Positions 20,701 to 29,183 of a stretch of DNA of 64,000 bases are shown here, one piece after another (within the stretch, counting starts at the first letter, position 1; every line of letters begins with the position of its first letter). The DNA is from Thermodesulfobacteriota bacterium (lineage in GTDB: Bacteria; Desulfobacterota_D; UBA1144; Nemesobacterales; Mycalebacteriaceae), in the NCBI GenBank assembly GCA_965226585.1, contig OZ245366.1, forward strand, positions 32,001 to 96,000, given 5' to 3'. Below the pieces are notes generated by a model. It worked only from the letters and a program-made list of their open reading frames with translations, searched no databases and was not told where the DNA came from. Made by a program: the position numbers and the translations under genes.

Positions 20701-23700
20701 CCGTCTCTGTTCCGAAAGCGAGTGATTCTGAACCTATGGCAATTGTTCCAATTCCGCGTGTGGCAACGGCGTTGTAACCCAAAGCGATTGAGAAAACTTC
20801 CGTTGATTGCGCGCCCTGACCGAGAGCGACAGACGCGCCGCCGTTTGCTATGGAGTTGAAACCAACCGCCACCGCAAAGGGGTTGTTTGCCCACGATTCC
20901 GCGCCAATGGCTATTGACGCCAAGCCCGATGAGTTCGCGCCCAAACCGAGGGCTATTGCGTCATCGGCTCCGGTGAAAGAGTCAACACCAATCGCTATGG
21001 AGTTTATGCCGAAGGTTTTGTCGCCGTCATAAATGATGTCTCCGTTTTCATCTCTGGCGATTTCATACGAGAACCCGATGGTAACTTCCTGAGGGAAAGT
21101 GGTAACAACATTTCCGTATTCGTCTTCATAGATAAGGTTTCCGTCTCTGTCTTTAACAACGTTTCCGTGCTCGTCTCTTTTGACTATGGCTGTGGATGTG
21201 TTTCCAATGGTAACATTGGTCGGGACAAAATTTGCGGGGAAAGTGGTAACGATGTTTCCGTATTTGTCGCTATAGACAACGTTTCCGTGTTCATCTTTAA
21301 CGATGTTTCCGCTACTGTCTCTGGCGACTATGTATGTTCTGGTAGTCTGGGGTTTGCCGTCTCCCGGCGGACGCAAAGTCAGCAGGGGAACTCTGCCTCC
21401 CGCGCTGGCGTTTTGACCGAGTGCGATTGAGTTGACTGAGAATGTTTGTGTGCTTGTTCCGATGGAGACTGATGAGGTTGCGGTTTCGTGTGCGACTGCT
21501 TTTGTTCCGATAACCACTGAATCGCGTCCGAGAGAGAACGCGGAATCACCGATTGCCATTGAGCTTACTCCCTGCGCGATTGCCCGTGTTCCAACCGCCA
21601 GCGCGCCGATTCCCCTTGCGGTTGCTCTAAAGCCGAATGCCGCCGCGTTGTCTGCCAGCGCGCTGGCTTCAAGACCGATGGCGATTGTGTTTGAGCCGCG
21701 AGTAACGGAGTTTCCGCCGATTGCGATTGAGTTAAGCGCGAGGACTTGAGAGTTCAGACCGAAGGCGATTGAGCCCGGAGAAGCCGCGCTTGATTCCTGT
21801 CCGATGGCGATTGAGCCCACCGCCGATGAAGAACTGTTCACCCCGAAAGCGAACGCGCCCGTAGCGGTCGCGCTGGCGTTTCGTCCGAGGGCGACTGAAT
21901 CCGTGCCGGATGATATGGCGTCTGAGGAAATCGCGACTGCGCCGGCTCCGGTCGCGGTGGCGTTTGGTCCAAAGGCGATTGAGCCGGTTCCGGTTGCCAA
22001 TGTGCTATATCCGATGGCTATGGCGTTTCTCCCGGGCGAGGTTTGGCTTTCCCCGCCTGCCGAACCGGCAACTGCAAGATCTCCGATTGCTATTGTTCTC
22101 CACGACCGGGCGGATGAGTTTATACCAATCGAGGTGGCATTGATCGCACTCGCCAAGGCGTTGAAACCGAGAGCGGTCGCGCCACGCACGGCGGCGTCAG
22201 AGTATGCTCCTATCGCAACCGCTGACTTGGGGAGTATTGAAGTTCCGCCAGAACTACCTCGGTATCCCGCCTGCGCTTTGAAACCTATCGCAACCCCTAA
22301 GGGTCCTACGAGCACGCCACTGCCGACGCCGACTGAGCCTGAATCAGAGCGTGAAAGTGAATCCGTCGCCGTCACCGCTCTGGCGGTGGCGCCAATAATG
22401 ACTGATCCTTCCACGTTTGCGCTCGCCTTATAACCGATGGCTATGGCGTTTTCGGCACGCGCGTTTGCTTCAAAACCTACCGCGACCGTGCCCGGAGTCC
22501 CTATCTGTCCAGGAAGGGTGTTATCAAAAAATATAGTCTCGCCCGGATCCCCCGCCCTCGCGCCGGCTCCAATCGCAACTGAGTTTGCCGCGTTTGCCAC
22601 AGCGCCGGAACCAATGGCTACGGCGTCTGTCACGTTCGCATTCGCGACTGTGTACCATCCGAATATTGTGTTGTAAGCGGTTTGCTGTACATAAGTGTTG
22701 CCCACATACGCGCCCGCACCGAAGGCGATTGAATCCGCTCCGGTTGCTATCGCTCTAAAACCAATGGCGGTTGAAGTATTCCCAGTAGCTTGTGAATATG
22801 TTCCAATGGAGGTTGAGTCCTCTGCATTAGTTTGTGAATACGCTCCAATGGCGATTGAATTGTATAATCCTCCTAATCCGGAGCGTTCCATTGCTTTCGC
22901 GTTGTATCCAATCGCGATTGAATTCCGCGCCGTCGAATGTGCGAAACTTCCAATCGCGACTGATCTGTCTGCCGCCAGAGTGTTTGCGCCGACAGCAGTT
23001 GCGTTATGATGACGTGCGGTAGCGCGGGCGCCAATTGCAACTGCTTGAAGGTTGTCTGCAAAAGCCCTAAAACCTATGGCTGTGGAGTTGGTGGCTCCCG
23101 CCTGTGCTCCATAACCTATCGCAGTCGTGCCCTCGGCGCTTGTGTTTCCGAGTTCGCCGTTAGCCTGTCGCACAAAAATCGGCGGACTCGCCTTTGCCCC
23201 GCCTCCAATCGCGACTGAGTTTGACGCTCCTGCCTCAGCGCCGGAACCAATGGCTACGGCGTCTGTAGTATTCTTCATCGCAATTGTATGGGTGCCGCCT
23301 GTGTGAACCGCAGTTATCACGTTATAACTTCTAGCCACAAATGCGTTCAGACCAAAGGCGATTGAATTCGCTCCGAGAACATTCGCCTGAAAACCGATGG
23401 CGGTGGAGTGTACTCCGGCGCCATGAGCCCCGTAACCAAATGCGGATGCCCCCGCCGCGCTTGCGACCGAGTCCGTTCCAATCGCGGTTGTGTCAATAGC
23501 CGTTGCCATTGAGGTTGCTCCGTAGGCGGTGGCGTTCCATTGGGTCGCGGCGGCGTTCACTCCGGTTACGGTTGCGTTCATTCCGGCTACGACGGCTCCA
23601 AGTCCGATTACCACCTGTCCGGGAGCTGATGCATGAGTGTCGCGTCCAATGGCTATCGCGTCTTTTGCTGTCGCGCGCGCCCGAACTCCAATGGCTATGG

Positions 23701-24331
23701 AAGTCTCTCCGCTTGCGGTTGACGCCCCTCCAATAGCTATGGCGCCACCCCCCGTGACTGCGTTCGCTCTCTCTCCTATGGCTATTCCGGAAGTGGAGAA
23801 CACGTGCGCCCTGTAACCAAGGGCGACACTGCCCCGACCGTCTGCTTGGGCTGAGTATCCAACCCCCGTTGCATCGTGGTGTGTGGCGCGGGCTTCGATG
23901 CCAAACACGGTAGCGTTATGAACCTGACCATTCGCAAAATATTGAAATGACTGGCCATGAAACCGGGGGTCAACGCGTGCAGGGTTTCCCGGGTAGGAGC
24001 TCGGGTTGTTGACATCGATAGTAAATGTCGTTCTATTTGCCGCCGTCGCACCGGTACCGTAAACAAGACTGTCCTCAGCACAAGAACCAGTTGAAATAGG
24101 GTTTATGCCCGCGCCGGTCTCGAGACGCACTTGTTTGCACATTTCGGGCAAGTGTGCGCGACCACTCGTGCCATCAACGTTATAGAAATTGTACATGTCA
24201 TAAGTGGCATCGGTAGGACCGGTTTGCGCGAATGCCTGTTGTGGATAAGACAATGCGCAAACGGCAAAAAATGCCGCCAAGATTACGGAAATCCCTTTGT
24301 GTTTAGCTCTCAAGGCTCCCGTCAAATTCAA
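14738..24331 (-). CDS. Giant trimeric autotransporter adhesin (YadA-like), 3197 aa
   Basis: Signal peptide ending AFAQ; very many 14-aa head repeats (S.AIG..A.A.); coiled stalk; C-terminal anchor LRRGVAMAAAL...ILRTGLNFQW. Confidence 0.93.
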   Translation of the reverse strand: MNLTGALRAKHKGISVILAAFFAVCALSYPQQAFAQTGPTDATYDMYNFYNVDGTSGRAHLPEMCKQVRLETGAGINPISTGSCAEDSLVYGTGATAANRTTFTIDVNNPSSYPGNPARVDPRFHGQSFQYFANGQVHNATVFGIEARATHHDATGVGYSAQADGRGSVALGYRAHVFSTSGIAIGERANAVTGGGAIAIGGASTASGETSIAIGVRARATAKDAIAIGRDTHASAPGQVVIGLGAVVAGMNATVTGVNAAATQWNATAYGATSMATAIDTTAIGTDSVASAAGASAFGYGAHGAGVHSTAIGFQANVLGANSIAFGLNAFVARSYNVITAVHTGGTHTIAMKNTTDAVAIGSGAEAGASNSVAIGGGAKASPPIFVRQANGELGNTSAEGTTAIGYGAQAGATNSTAIGFRAFADNLQAVAIGARATARHHNATAVGANTLAADRSVAIGSFAHSTARNSIAIGYNAKAMERSGLGGLYNSIAIGAYSQTNAEDSTSIGTYSQATGNTSTAIGFRAIATGADSIAFGAGAYVGNTYVQQTAYNTIFGWYTVANANVTDAVAIGSGAVANAANSVAIGAGARAGDPGETIFFDNTLPGQIGTPGTVAVGFEANARAENAIAIGYKASANVEGSVIIGATARAVTATDSLSRSDSGSVGVGSGVLVGPLGVAIGFKAQAGYRGSSGGTSILPKSAVAIGAYSDAAVRGATALGFNALASAINATSIGINSSARSWRTIAIGDLAVAGSAGGESQTSPGRNAIAIGYSTLATGTGSIAFGPNATATGAGAVAISSDAISSGTDSVALGRNASATATGAFAFGVNSSSSAVGSIAIGQESSAASPGSIAFGLNSQVLALNSIAIGGNSVTRGSNTIAIGLEASALADNAAAFGFRATARGIGALAVGTRAIAQGVSSMAIGDSAFSLGRDSVVIGTKAVAHETATSSVSIGTSTQTFSVNSIALGQNASAGGRVPLLTLRPPGDGKPQTTRTYIVARDSSGNIVKDEHGNVVYSDKYGNIVTTFPANFVPTNVTIGNTSTAIVKRDEHGNVVKDRDGNLIYEDEYGNVVTTFPQEVTIGFSYEIARDENGDIIYDGDKTFGINSIAIGVDSFTGADDAIALGLGANSSGLASIAIGAESWANNPFAVAVGFNSIANGGASVALGQGAQSTEVFSIALGYNAVATRGIGTIAIGSESLAFGTETVAVGYNSASWGNGTSSFGYNARSFGHNSVAIGLNATAGAVTTRVPKTVTVQETTLVQKTELVYPKTIRVPKYEPRLDADGNQVFDVEGIPQYDPVLNAAGEQVYEYVEDDSATPTVQLVTDENGNPVYTNVVANVTKIVRDEHGNIVYETQYGENLYADGTRQKTVAGSNSTAVGSSSWARGTNSSAFGHNAQSLGLDSIAIGKDSTATGIDAIAIGVGANATGEASIAIGRNAYATAANSVAIGRNLNASAPGSFVAGIDSKATGNGSTVSGINTSATGIESAAFGYLSEAAGHKSSAYGARTTAYGNGASVFGHRSTAFADSSIAIGEKATTYSNAYAAVSIGTNSKTFAGNAIAFGQNAVAGGRVPLMVFRPNTDVNLPTYTRTYIVSKDRYGNVVKDRNGNIVYSDQYGNIVTTFPAGFVIPTEISSANTSTAIVARDIFGNVVKDRNGNLIFEDGEGNIITTFPTEIIAGGTGYSYQIARDEDGNILYDGDKTFGTNAMAIGIDSFAGANDALAFGANANAGMSAFASIAIGAESWTNKPLAVAVGYSAIVNGGASVAIGPYAQSIEFFSISVGHNSLTAGGDYAIAIGDSAASLASASTAIGRNASVNPFRTNTVAIGSFANAAGNASAAVAVGLNSIAWGTGSIAIGNGANAGNGIVQKAAGNLAEGELGDYAGDNSIAMGVNALTAADNAVAIGLDSKALGESSIAFGERAQATSIKAIAIGYNARAFSAGGFAAGANALAAHGVNSVAVGANSRAVFGLHAIAIGDSAQSSASSSTAIGRYAFVSRFRTNSIAFGTISNVTGNAVASVAIGLNAHVWGGSSIAIGNNANAGGGFIQRPGYPGSIFTSDYTGDNSVSIGVNSLTAADDTTAVGGFSKATGINSSAFGYNSAATHFDTTAVGSFSVASGRNSSAFGHNAAATGVDTVSIGKDSTASGIQAIAIGVGATASAEASIAIGRNAYATAVNSVAIGRNLNAAAPGAFVAGIDSKATGNGSTVSGINTQATGTESTATGYRAEAAGTFSSAYGGYAAAIDSNTTAVGHNASANNINGTAVGQNAATANGSVVINGVLTHLFDATAVGQNSHALSINSSAFGQGAASGIVILTYVDTTAIGQNANAVGNKTTALGQGSWAGGNVSTALGQIANTQMHNSVAVGQNAFASTFNSQGVNGVVVGQNAYVTDRDTTAVGQNSAAVKYNSTAVGQGAYASGANSSAFGQNASATGRDSIAVGKDAKASGKDSIAIGVNAHATNDGSIAIGRNAYAIAANSVAIGRNLNATGNGSFVAGIDAKADGNGAHAGGVETQATGNWSTATGYFAEAQGENTTAYGALAYARSDNSTSLGARSFAGSVITGTTSISGQNATSLGESANTTGWRSTSIGAGANTFRDGTQTFGDEANGRNYHFNGAIGSGREFGTGTPDEADVAYKFTGLGLYNDTAYYVVNSSSVHTSGTIRVHTGNTVLANGVLEPTYEFRTVYDYTEFEPDYQAQGEHDDFLYGHISEKKDESTRAGGATRITTVLGDGTLQTADFHFDAVDVLIGNAMGPETADQRVRTEIARVVAESNSGNSEEQEEARTAYLTALRDYLEYSDVKKHDKIDAERDSLLAAQNDFADEFGGVDRYTQAKLEEVLTLRPDPDPNTSLLGRTAYSYEGMGASDFQRQRWANLDVTGAPLGERHQTLSDQVLYKTDPGSYRYEQNRRIDSVLGTPSADKNSSVPAKDIRFDRTGQLYEQENYYESRQVAGYDVADVLGTHLGIQSERLTRGADLLAGFDADGDKWISRGELERGSENLSVRDAIYAYECFKEVNCADHQIKPSEIDETRNRREAQVIEEYIAAGTEDTNQRRIRNVEEFMTEEGRERLTSETLEALNETPLGSEPKRYGDLYERNAWVQDKIDQHDRDIAALRRGVAMAAALKSTHIEPGNRIGLDINFSEYEGDYGVSGSFGMRVTPNFQVHFAGATTNEFEERILRTGLNFQW

Positions 24332-24430
24332 AACAGATACCTCATAAAGATTTTCTACAAATCAATCAGAAAAATCGCGAGTGCCCCCGAAAACGACAGA
24401 GTGGGACATATCGCGAGATATACGGTGCTG

Positions 24431-24469
24431 ATTATATGGCAAATGAAAGGGTGTTGTCAAGCATTTGCC
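24431..24469 (-). promoter_or_regulatory. Consensus sigma70 promoter of the adhesin with an overlapping inverted repeat
   Basis: TTGACA (24460-24455), 18-nt spacer, TATAAT (24436-24431); GGCAAATG (24438-24445) and CATTTGCC (24462-24469) flank the -35. Confidence 0.65.
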
Positions 24470-24476
24470 CCCCTTT

Positions 24477-24713
24477 CGTCATTCCGTTGTCCCCCCCCTT
24501 TTTCGTCATTCCGTTGTCCTCCCGTCATTCCGTTGTCCCCCCCCGTCATTCCGTTGTCCCTCCTCCCGTCATTCCGTTGTCCCTCCCCGTCATTCCGTTG
24601 CCCCTCCCGTCATTCCTGCGAAAGCAGGAATCCAGTATTACTTAACCAGTTGAATACTGGATTCCGTGTCAAGCACGGAATGACGGAAAAAAAGACAAGC
24701 ACGGAATGACGGA
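24477..24713. repeat. Palindromic element array 4 (tandem ~21-bp half units plus 1 complete reverse unit)
   Basis: Repeated CGTCATTCCGTTG(T/C)CC...; complete unit at 24609-24684. Confidence 0.93.
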
Positions 24714-24720
24714 ACTACTA

Positions 24721-25860
24721 CTACCTTGCCACCCCATAAACAACCTCCAAACTCAACACCCTCAACCACCTTTTTCCCCCGTCCTCAAAAACCGCGTCCA
24801 CTCCCGCAAATCCCGCCGCCTCCATTGCCGCCATTCCGCCGTCTGTAACCACCTTCTCACCCGTCAACCGAATGGTAACAACACCCAAATCCTCTCTGCC
24901 CTTAACATCCTCAACCCCAACAACCTCCGCCCTTGTTCTTATCCGCTCATGCTCGCCCTTCTTCCCGCCCGCATAAAGCGTTTCCACAACATCACACGGA
25001 TATGTGGGGGCATTGTGCGCGCCGCTGTTCATTCCTATCTGCGGGGCATACGCAAAATCTCCGCTCACCGCCCCCTCGCACAACGCCTTTACCGCCCCGC
25101 CGTAGCCAATAAAAACAGACCCCGGAGTGTGATGGACTGCGGCGTCATTCATTGTGCTAATCTGCAACCAACTGAAATCCGCTAACGTTATCCCGCGCTC
25201 AAAACTTCCCTCAAAAACCGCCCCCGGCTTTAACTCCTCAAACGCAACCCCGCCGCCCTCTTTCGGCAAAACTCCCGCCTCTATCGGCAAAGGCAAAACC
25301 GCATCTGTTATGTCTATTTTTTCAGGCGTTTTTTGTATCGTGCTTGATTTGTCGTAGGTTTTGCCCTTTTCCGCCCTTACAAGCACTTGCCTTGTGTAGC
25401 GTAAAACCTGTTCGCCGCGCTGGTTTTCGGCGGTGGTTTGGACTTGAACGGAGCCGTTTTTCGCGCCGTCTTTTCTGAACTCCACCCCTAAGACTTCGGA
25501 TTTTGCTTCTATCAAATCCCCTTCAAAAACCGGAACACCGAACACAAGCCCTGAATACGACAGGTTTGCGATGGCGTTAAAAGAAACATCGTGAACACTC
25601 AGCCCGAAAACTGTGTTGAACACAAACCCTCTGCTGACAAGGGCGGATGAGGTTATACCGAAGCGGGTTTTTTTCTCTTGCGCTTGGGGGTCTGTATAGC
25701 CCAATTTGGTGGAAAGTTCGGGATTTGCGGCAAGCATTTCCGCCCCGAATTTGTTGATATACTGCCGGTTTCTCAAAGGCGTAATCCGAACCGCCCCGTG
25801 ATGATAAACATCCCCCCGTGTAAAATCGCCAATATACCGCTGTGATGTCAGGTTTCTCAT
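24721..25860 (-). CDS. Double hot-dog MaoC-family dehydratase, mesaconyl-CoA hydratase-like
   Basis: FNTVFGLSVHDVSFNAIANLSY..PVFEGD..NQRGEQVL.Y.R.VLV resembles Mch; second hot-dog domain with YGG and H.APTYP. Confidence 0.7.
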   Translation of the reverse strand: MRNLTSQRYIGDFTRGDVYHHGAVRITPLRNRQYINKFGAEMLAANPELSTKLGYTDPQAQEKKTRFGITSSALVSRGFVFNTVFGLSVHDVSFNAIANLSYSGLVFGVPVFEGDLIEAKSEVLGVEFRKDGAKNGSVQVQTTAENQRGEQVLRYTRQVLVRAEKGKTYDKSSTIQKTPEKIDITDAVLPLPIEAGVLPKEGGGVAFEELKPGAVFEGSFERGITLADFSWLQISTMNDAAVHHTPGSVFIGYGGAVKALCEGAVSGDFAYAPQIGMNSGAHNAPTYPCDVVETLYAGGKKGEHERIRTRAEVVGVEDVKGREDLGVVTIRLTGEKVVTDGGMAAMEAAGFAGVDAVFEDGGKRWLRVLSLEVVYGVAR

Positions 25861-25880
25861 TGTTGTGCCTCCGTTGCCGC

Positions 25881-26478
25881 CGTCATTTCGTTGCCCCCTC
25901 CCGTCATTCCTGCCCTCCCCGTCATTCCTGCCCCCCCCGTCATTCCTGCGAAAGCAGGAATCCAGTATTGGTTAGCCAGTATAATACTGGATTCCGTGTC
26001 AAGCACGGAATGACGGAAAGGGGAAAGTGTCATTCCGTTGTCCCTCCCTCTCGTCATTCCGTTGCCCCCTCTCGTCATTCCTGCCTCCCCCCCCCGTCAT
26101 TCCTGCGAAAGCAGGAATCCAGTATTACCCAACCAGTTGAATACTGGATTCCGTGTCAAGCACGGAATGACGGAAAAAAAAGCCAAGCACGGAATGACGG
26201 AAAGGGGAAAGTGTCATTCCGTTGCTCCCCCCCCCGTCATTCCTGCGAAAGCAGGAATCCAGTATTGGTTAGCCAGTATAATACTGGATTCCGTGTCAAG
26301 CACGGAATGACGGAAAGGGGAAAGTGTCATTCCGTTGTCCCTCCCCTCGTCATTCCTGCGAAAGCAGGAATCCAGTATTACCCAACCAGTTGAATACTGG
26401 ATTCCGTGTCAAGCACGGAATGACAGAAAAAAAAAGCCAAGCACGGAATGACGGAAAGGGGAAAAACGTCATTCCCGT
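25881..26478. repeat. Palindromic element array 5 (4 complete reverse units plus half units)
   Basis: Units start at 25939, 26096, 26236 and 26349. Confidence 0.95.
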
Positions 26479-26485
26479 TCCCTTC

Positions 26486-28180
26486 TTACCTCCCCCGCTT
26501 CCAAGTCCCCTTCGTAATCCCCTTTTCCCTCAACTTATTCTTCTGCACCCTCTCCGTTCCAGTTTTCGGCAAACTCTTCTCAAACCTTATAAAACCCGGA
26601 ATCATAAACGCGGGCATAAGCGGCTCTAAAAACTTCACTATCTCCTCAGGCTCCGGCTTTGCCCCCTTTTTCGGCACTATCACCGCCATAACCTCATCCT
26701 CCGCATGACCGCCAGCCATCGCTTTTATTCCCACCGCCGCGCACTCCTCTATCTGCGGATGCGATGAAATTACCTTCTCAACCTCAAACGAACTTATGTT
26801 CTCACCCCGCCGCCTGATGTAATCCTTCACCCTGTCCATAAAATAGATGTATCCGTCCCCGTCCATCCACCCCGCATCGCCCGTGTGGAACCAGAAATTG
26901 CGGAAATCCTCAACCGTTTTTTCAGGCATTTTGTTGTAGTAGTGAAGCATTATGTTCGGAACTCGCGGACGCACCACTATCTCTCCCACCTCGCCGCGCT
27001 TTCTCTCCTCATCAGAATCAGGGTCAACTATCTTTATCTCATATCCGGGGGCTTCCTTGCCGCACGAGCCTACCCTGAACGGCTCGCCGGGACGCATCCA
27101 TGTACATTGCCCCGTTTCCGTGAGCCCGTAGCCCTCCATCAACTTTATGTTAAACCGCTTCATAAACGGCTCTATTATGTCGTGCGGAGCGGGCGAGCCG
27201 AGAACCAGTTTTACGCCGTGCGTTTTCTCTTCGGGCGATGGCGGCGTGTTCCACATAAAATACGAAACCGTGCCGACCGTGTTAAAACGGGTTATTTTGT
27301 AATCGTTCATCCACTTCCAGAAACGGCTCGCGCTGTATTTCTCCTCAACCACCGCAAGCGCGCCTTTGATTAGGCACGGGTACACCGTCAGCACCATTGC
27401 GTTGGAATGAAACAGCGGCAAACAGGTGAAATAAACATCTTTTGCCCCAACGTCCATTATCTCCGCGCAATTTCTCGCGCTGCTGTAATCCGCCGCGCTT
27501 GGGCGTATCACGCCCTTTGAACGCCCCGTTGTTCCCGATGTGAACATAAGCCGCGCCGGGTCTGTGAACAAAACCTCAACCTTCGGCTCTGCGGTGGAAG
27601 CCCCTTTCATAAAATCGCGGTAGGATTCCGTTCCGCTCTGTTTCCAGCCCTGCCGGTTGAACTTCGCCCCGCCGCCGCGCGTCCACACAACGGCGCGCCG
27701 GAGACTTTTCAATTCTTTTGCGATGGGCGGCATACGGTCAAGGTATTCTTCTGCGATAAACAGGGCGGCAGAGTCTGAAGAGTCTATGATGTATTGCAGA
27801 AATCCGGCTTTATACGCCGTGTTTATCGGAACCATCACCGCGCCCGCTTTGAGGATTCCGAACCATACAATCACATAGTCATCGGAATTGGGCATAAGCA
27901 CGGCAACTTTGTCGCCTTTGCCGACCCCGCGTTTTTTTAGGGCGTTTGCCACTTTGTTGGCAAGTGAGTTTGTTTGTTTGAAGCTGAGCGGTTTTTTCGC
28001 GCCGAATTTCAGGAAGGGTTTATCGCCGAGTTTCCGCGCTTGTTCTTTCAGCACACGTGGGAGTGTCCATTTTGTTCTGTCTTCTTTGAGGTACCACTCA
28101 ACATCAAACTTGCGGGAGCGTTTGAAGGTGATTGAATGGCGAAGGTCTTTTGTTTTGCGGCGGGGTTTTTTTGCGGGCAT
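26486..28180 (-). CDS. ATP-dependent acyl-CoA ligase (CaiC-like)
   Basis: FTSGTTGRSKG, LPLFHSNA, GYGLTE, WFHTGD, RRRGENISSFEVE, LPKT. Confidence 0.9.
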   Translation of the reverse strand: MPAKKPRRKTKDLRHSITFKRSRKFDVEWYLKEDRTKWTLPRVLKEQARKLGDKPFLKFGAKKPLSFKQTNSLANKVANALKKRGVGKGDKVAVLMPNSDDYVIVWFGILKAGAVMVPINTAYKAGFLQYIIDSSDSAALFIAEEYLDRMPPIAKELKSLRRAVVWTRGGGAKFNRQGWKQSGTESYRDFMKGASTAEPKVEVLFTDPARLMFTSGTTGRSKGVIRPSAADYSSARNCAEIMDVGAKDVYFTCLPLFHSNAMVLTVYPCLIKGALAVVEEKYSASRFWKWMNDYKITRFNTVGTVSYFMWNTPPSPEEKTHGVKLVLGSPAPHDIIEPFMKRFNIKLMEGYGLTETGQCTWMRPGEPFRVGSCGKEAPGYEIKIVDPDSDEERKRGEVGEIVVRPRVPNIMLHYYNKMPEKTVEDFRNFWFHTGDAGWMDGDGYIYFMDRVKDYIRRRGENISSFEVEKVISSHPQIEECAAVGIKAMAGGHAEDEVMAVIVPKKGAKPEPEEIVKFLEPLMPAFMIPGFIRFEKSLPKTGTERVQKNKLREKGITKGTWKRGR

Positions 28181-28227
28181 TGGTTTCTCCCTTTTGTTTT
28201 TTTGTGGATTTGGAAAGTGTCAGTTTA

Positions 28228-28554
28228 TCACGAGTTGCATTGTTCGCACGGGCATTTTTCTCTCAGGAAGTCAAAAGTGTAGATTCCGGTATCGTGTCCG
28301 TCGTTCCATTTGAACTGGACGGCATACATTCCCACTTTGTCTATTTTTTCGGGGTGAAGGTTGCCGTCATTTTTCAGTGGAAGTTTGCCTGTTCTGCTTT
28401 TGCTTCTAAGCCGTCTGCAAGTGGCGCATGGGCAGACGAGGCGCAGGTCTTCATAGGGGTAGATGCTTGAATGTCCGTCACTCCATTCCACAAGCAGGGC
28501 GGAGTCTGTAAATTCCGAGATGGAAGCGGGAGTGATTTTTTTTCGTGAAGACAC
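28228..28554 (-). CDS. DUF971 / gamma-butyrobetaine hydroxylase N-terminal-like protein
   Basis: WSDGH, LR..CPCA.C, VG.YA....W.DGH.TGIY motifs. Confidence 0.9.
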   Translation of the reverse strand: MSSRKKITPASISEFTDSALLVEWSDGHSSIYPYEDLRLVCPCATCRRLRSKSRTGKLPLKNDGNLHPEKIDKVGMYAVQFKWNDGHDTGIYTFDFLREKCPCEQCNS

Positions 28555-28597
28555 GGGTGGGATTTTACCAGTTTTTTTATGGTTGTGTTTTTGATTG

Positions 28598-29183
28598 TGT
28601 CATTCCGTTGCCCCTCTCACCTCGTCATTCCGTTGTCCCTCCTCCCGTCATTCCTGCCCTCTCTCGTCATTCCTGCGAAAGCAGGAATCCAGTATTACTT
28701 AACCAATTGAATACTGGATTCCGTGTCAAGCACGGAATGACGGAAAGGGGAAAGTGTCATTCCGTTGCCCCTCTCACCTCGTCATTCCTGCGAAAGCAGG
28801 AATCCAGTATTGGCCAACCAGTTGAATACTGGATTCCGTGTCAAGCACGGAATGACGGAAAGGGAAAAAACGTCATTCCGTTGCCCTCCCTCCCCGTCAT
28901 TCCTGCGAAAGCAGGAATCCAGTATTACTTAACCAGTTGAATACTGGATTCCGTGTCAAGCACGGAATGACGGAAAAGGGGAAAAGTGTCATTCCGTTGT
29001 CCCCTCCCCGTCATTCCTGCGAAAGCAGGAATCCAGTATTACCCAACCAGTTGAATACTGGATTCCGTGTCAAGCACGGAATGACGGAAAGGGGAAAAAC
29101 GTCATTCCGTTGTCCCTTCCCCCTCGTCATTCCTGCCCTCCCCGTCATTCCTGCGAAAGCAGGAATCCAGTATTACTCAACCA
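28598..29183. repeat. Palindromic element array 6 (4 complete reverse units; a half unit runs into thyX)
   Basis: Units start at 28666, 28781, 28896 and 29010; truncated unit from 29144. Confidence 0.95.

Noticed and set aside
14918..23736. Many plus-strand ORFs (PIAIE/PMAT-type repeats) opposite the adhesin, and those at 81-926
   Set aside because: Antisense shadows of repetitive minus-strand genes.
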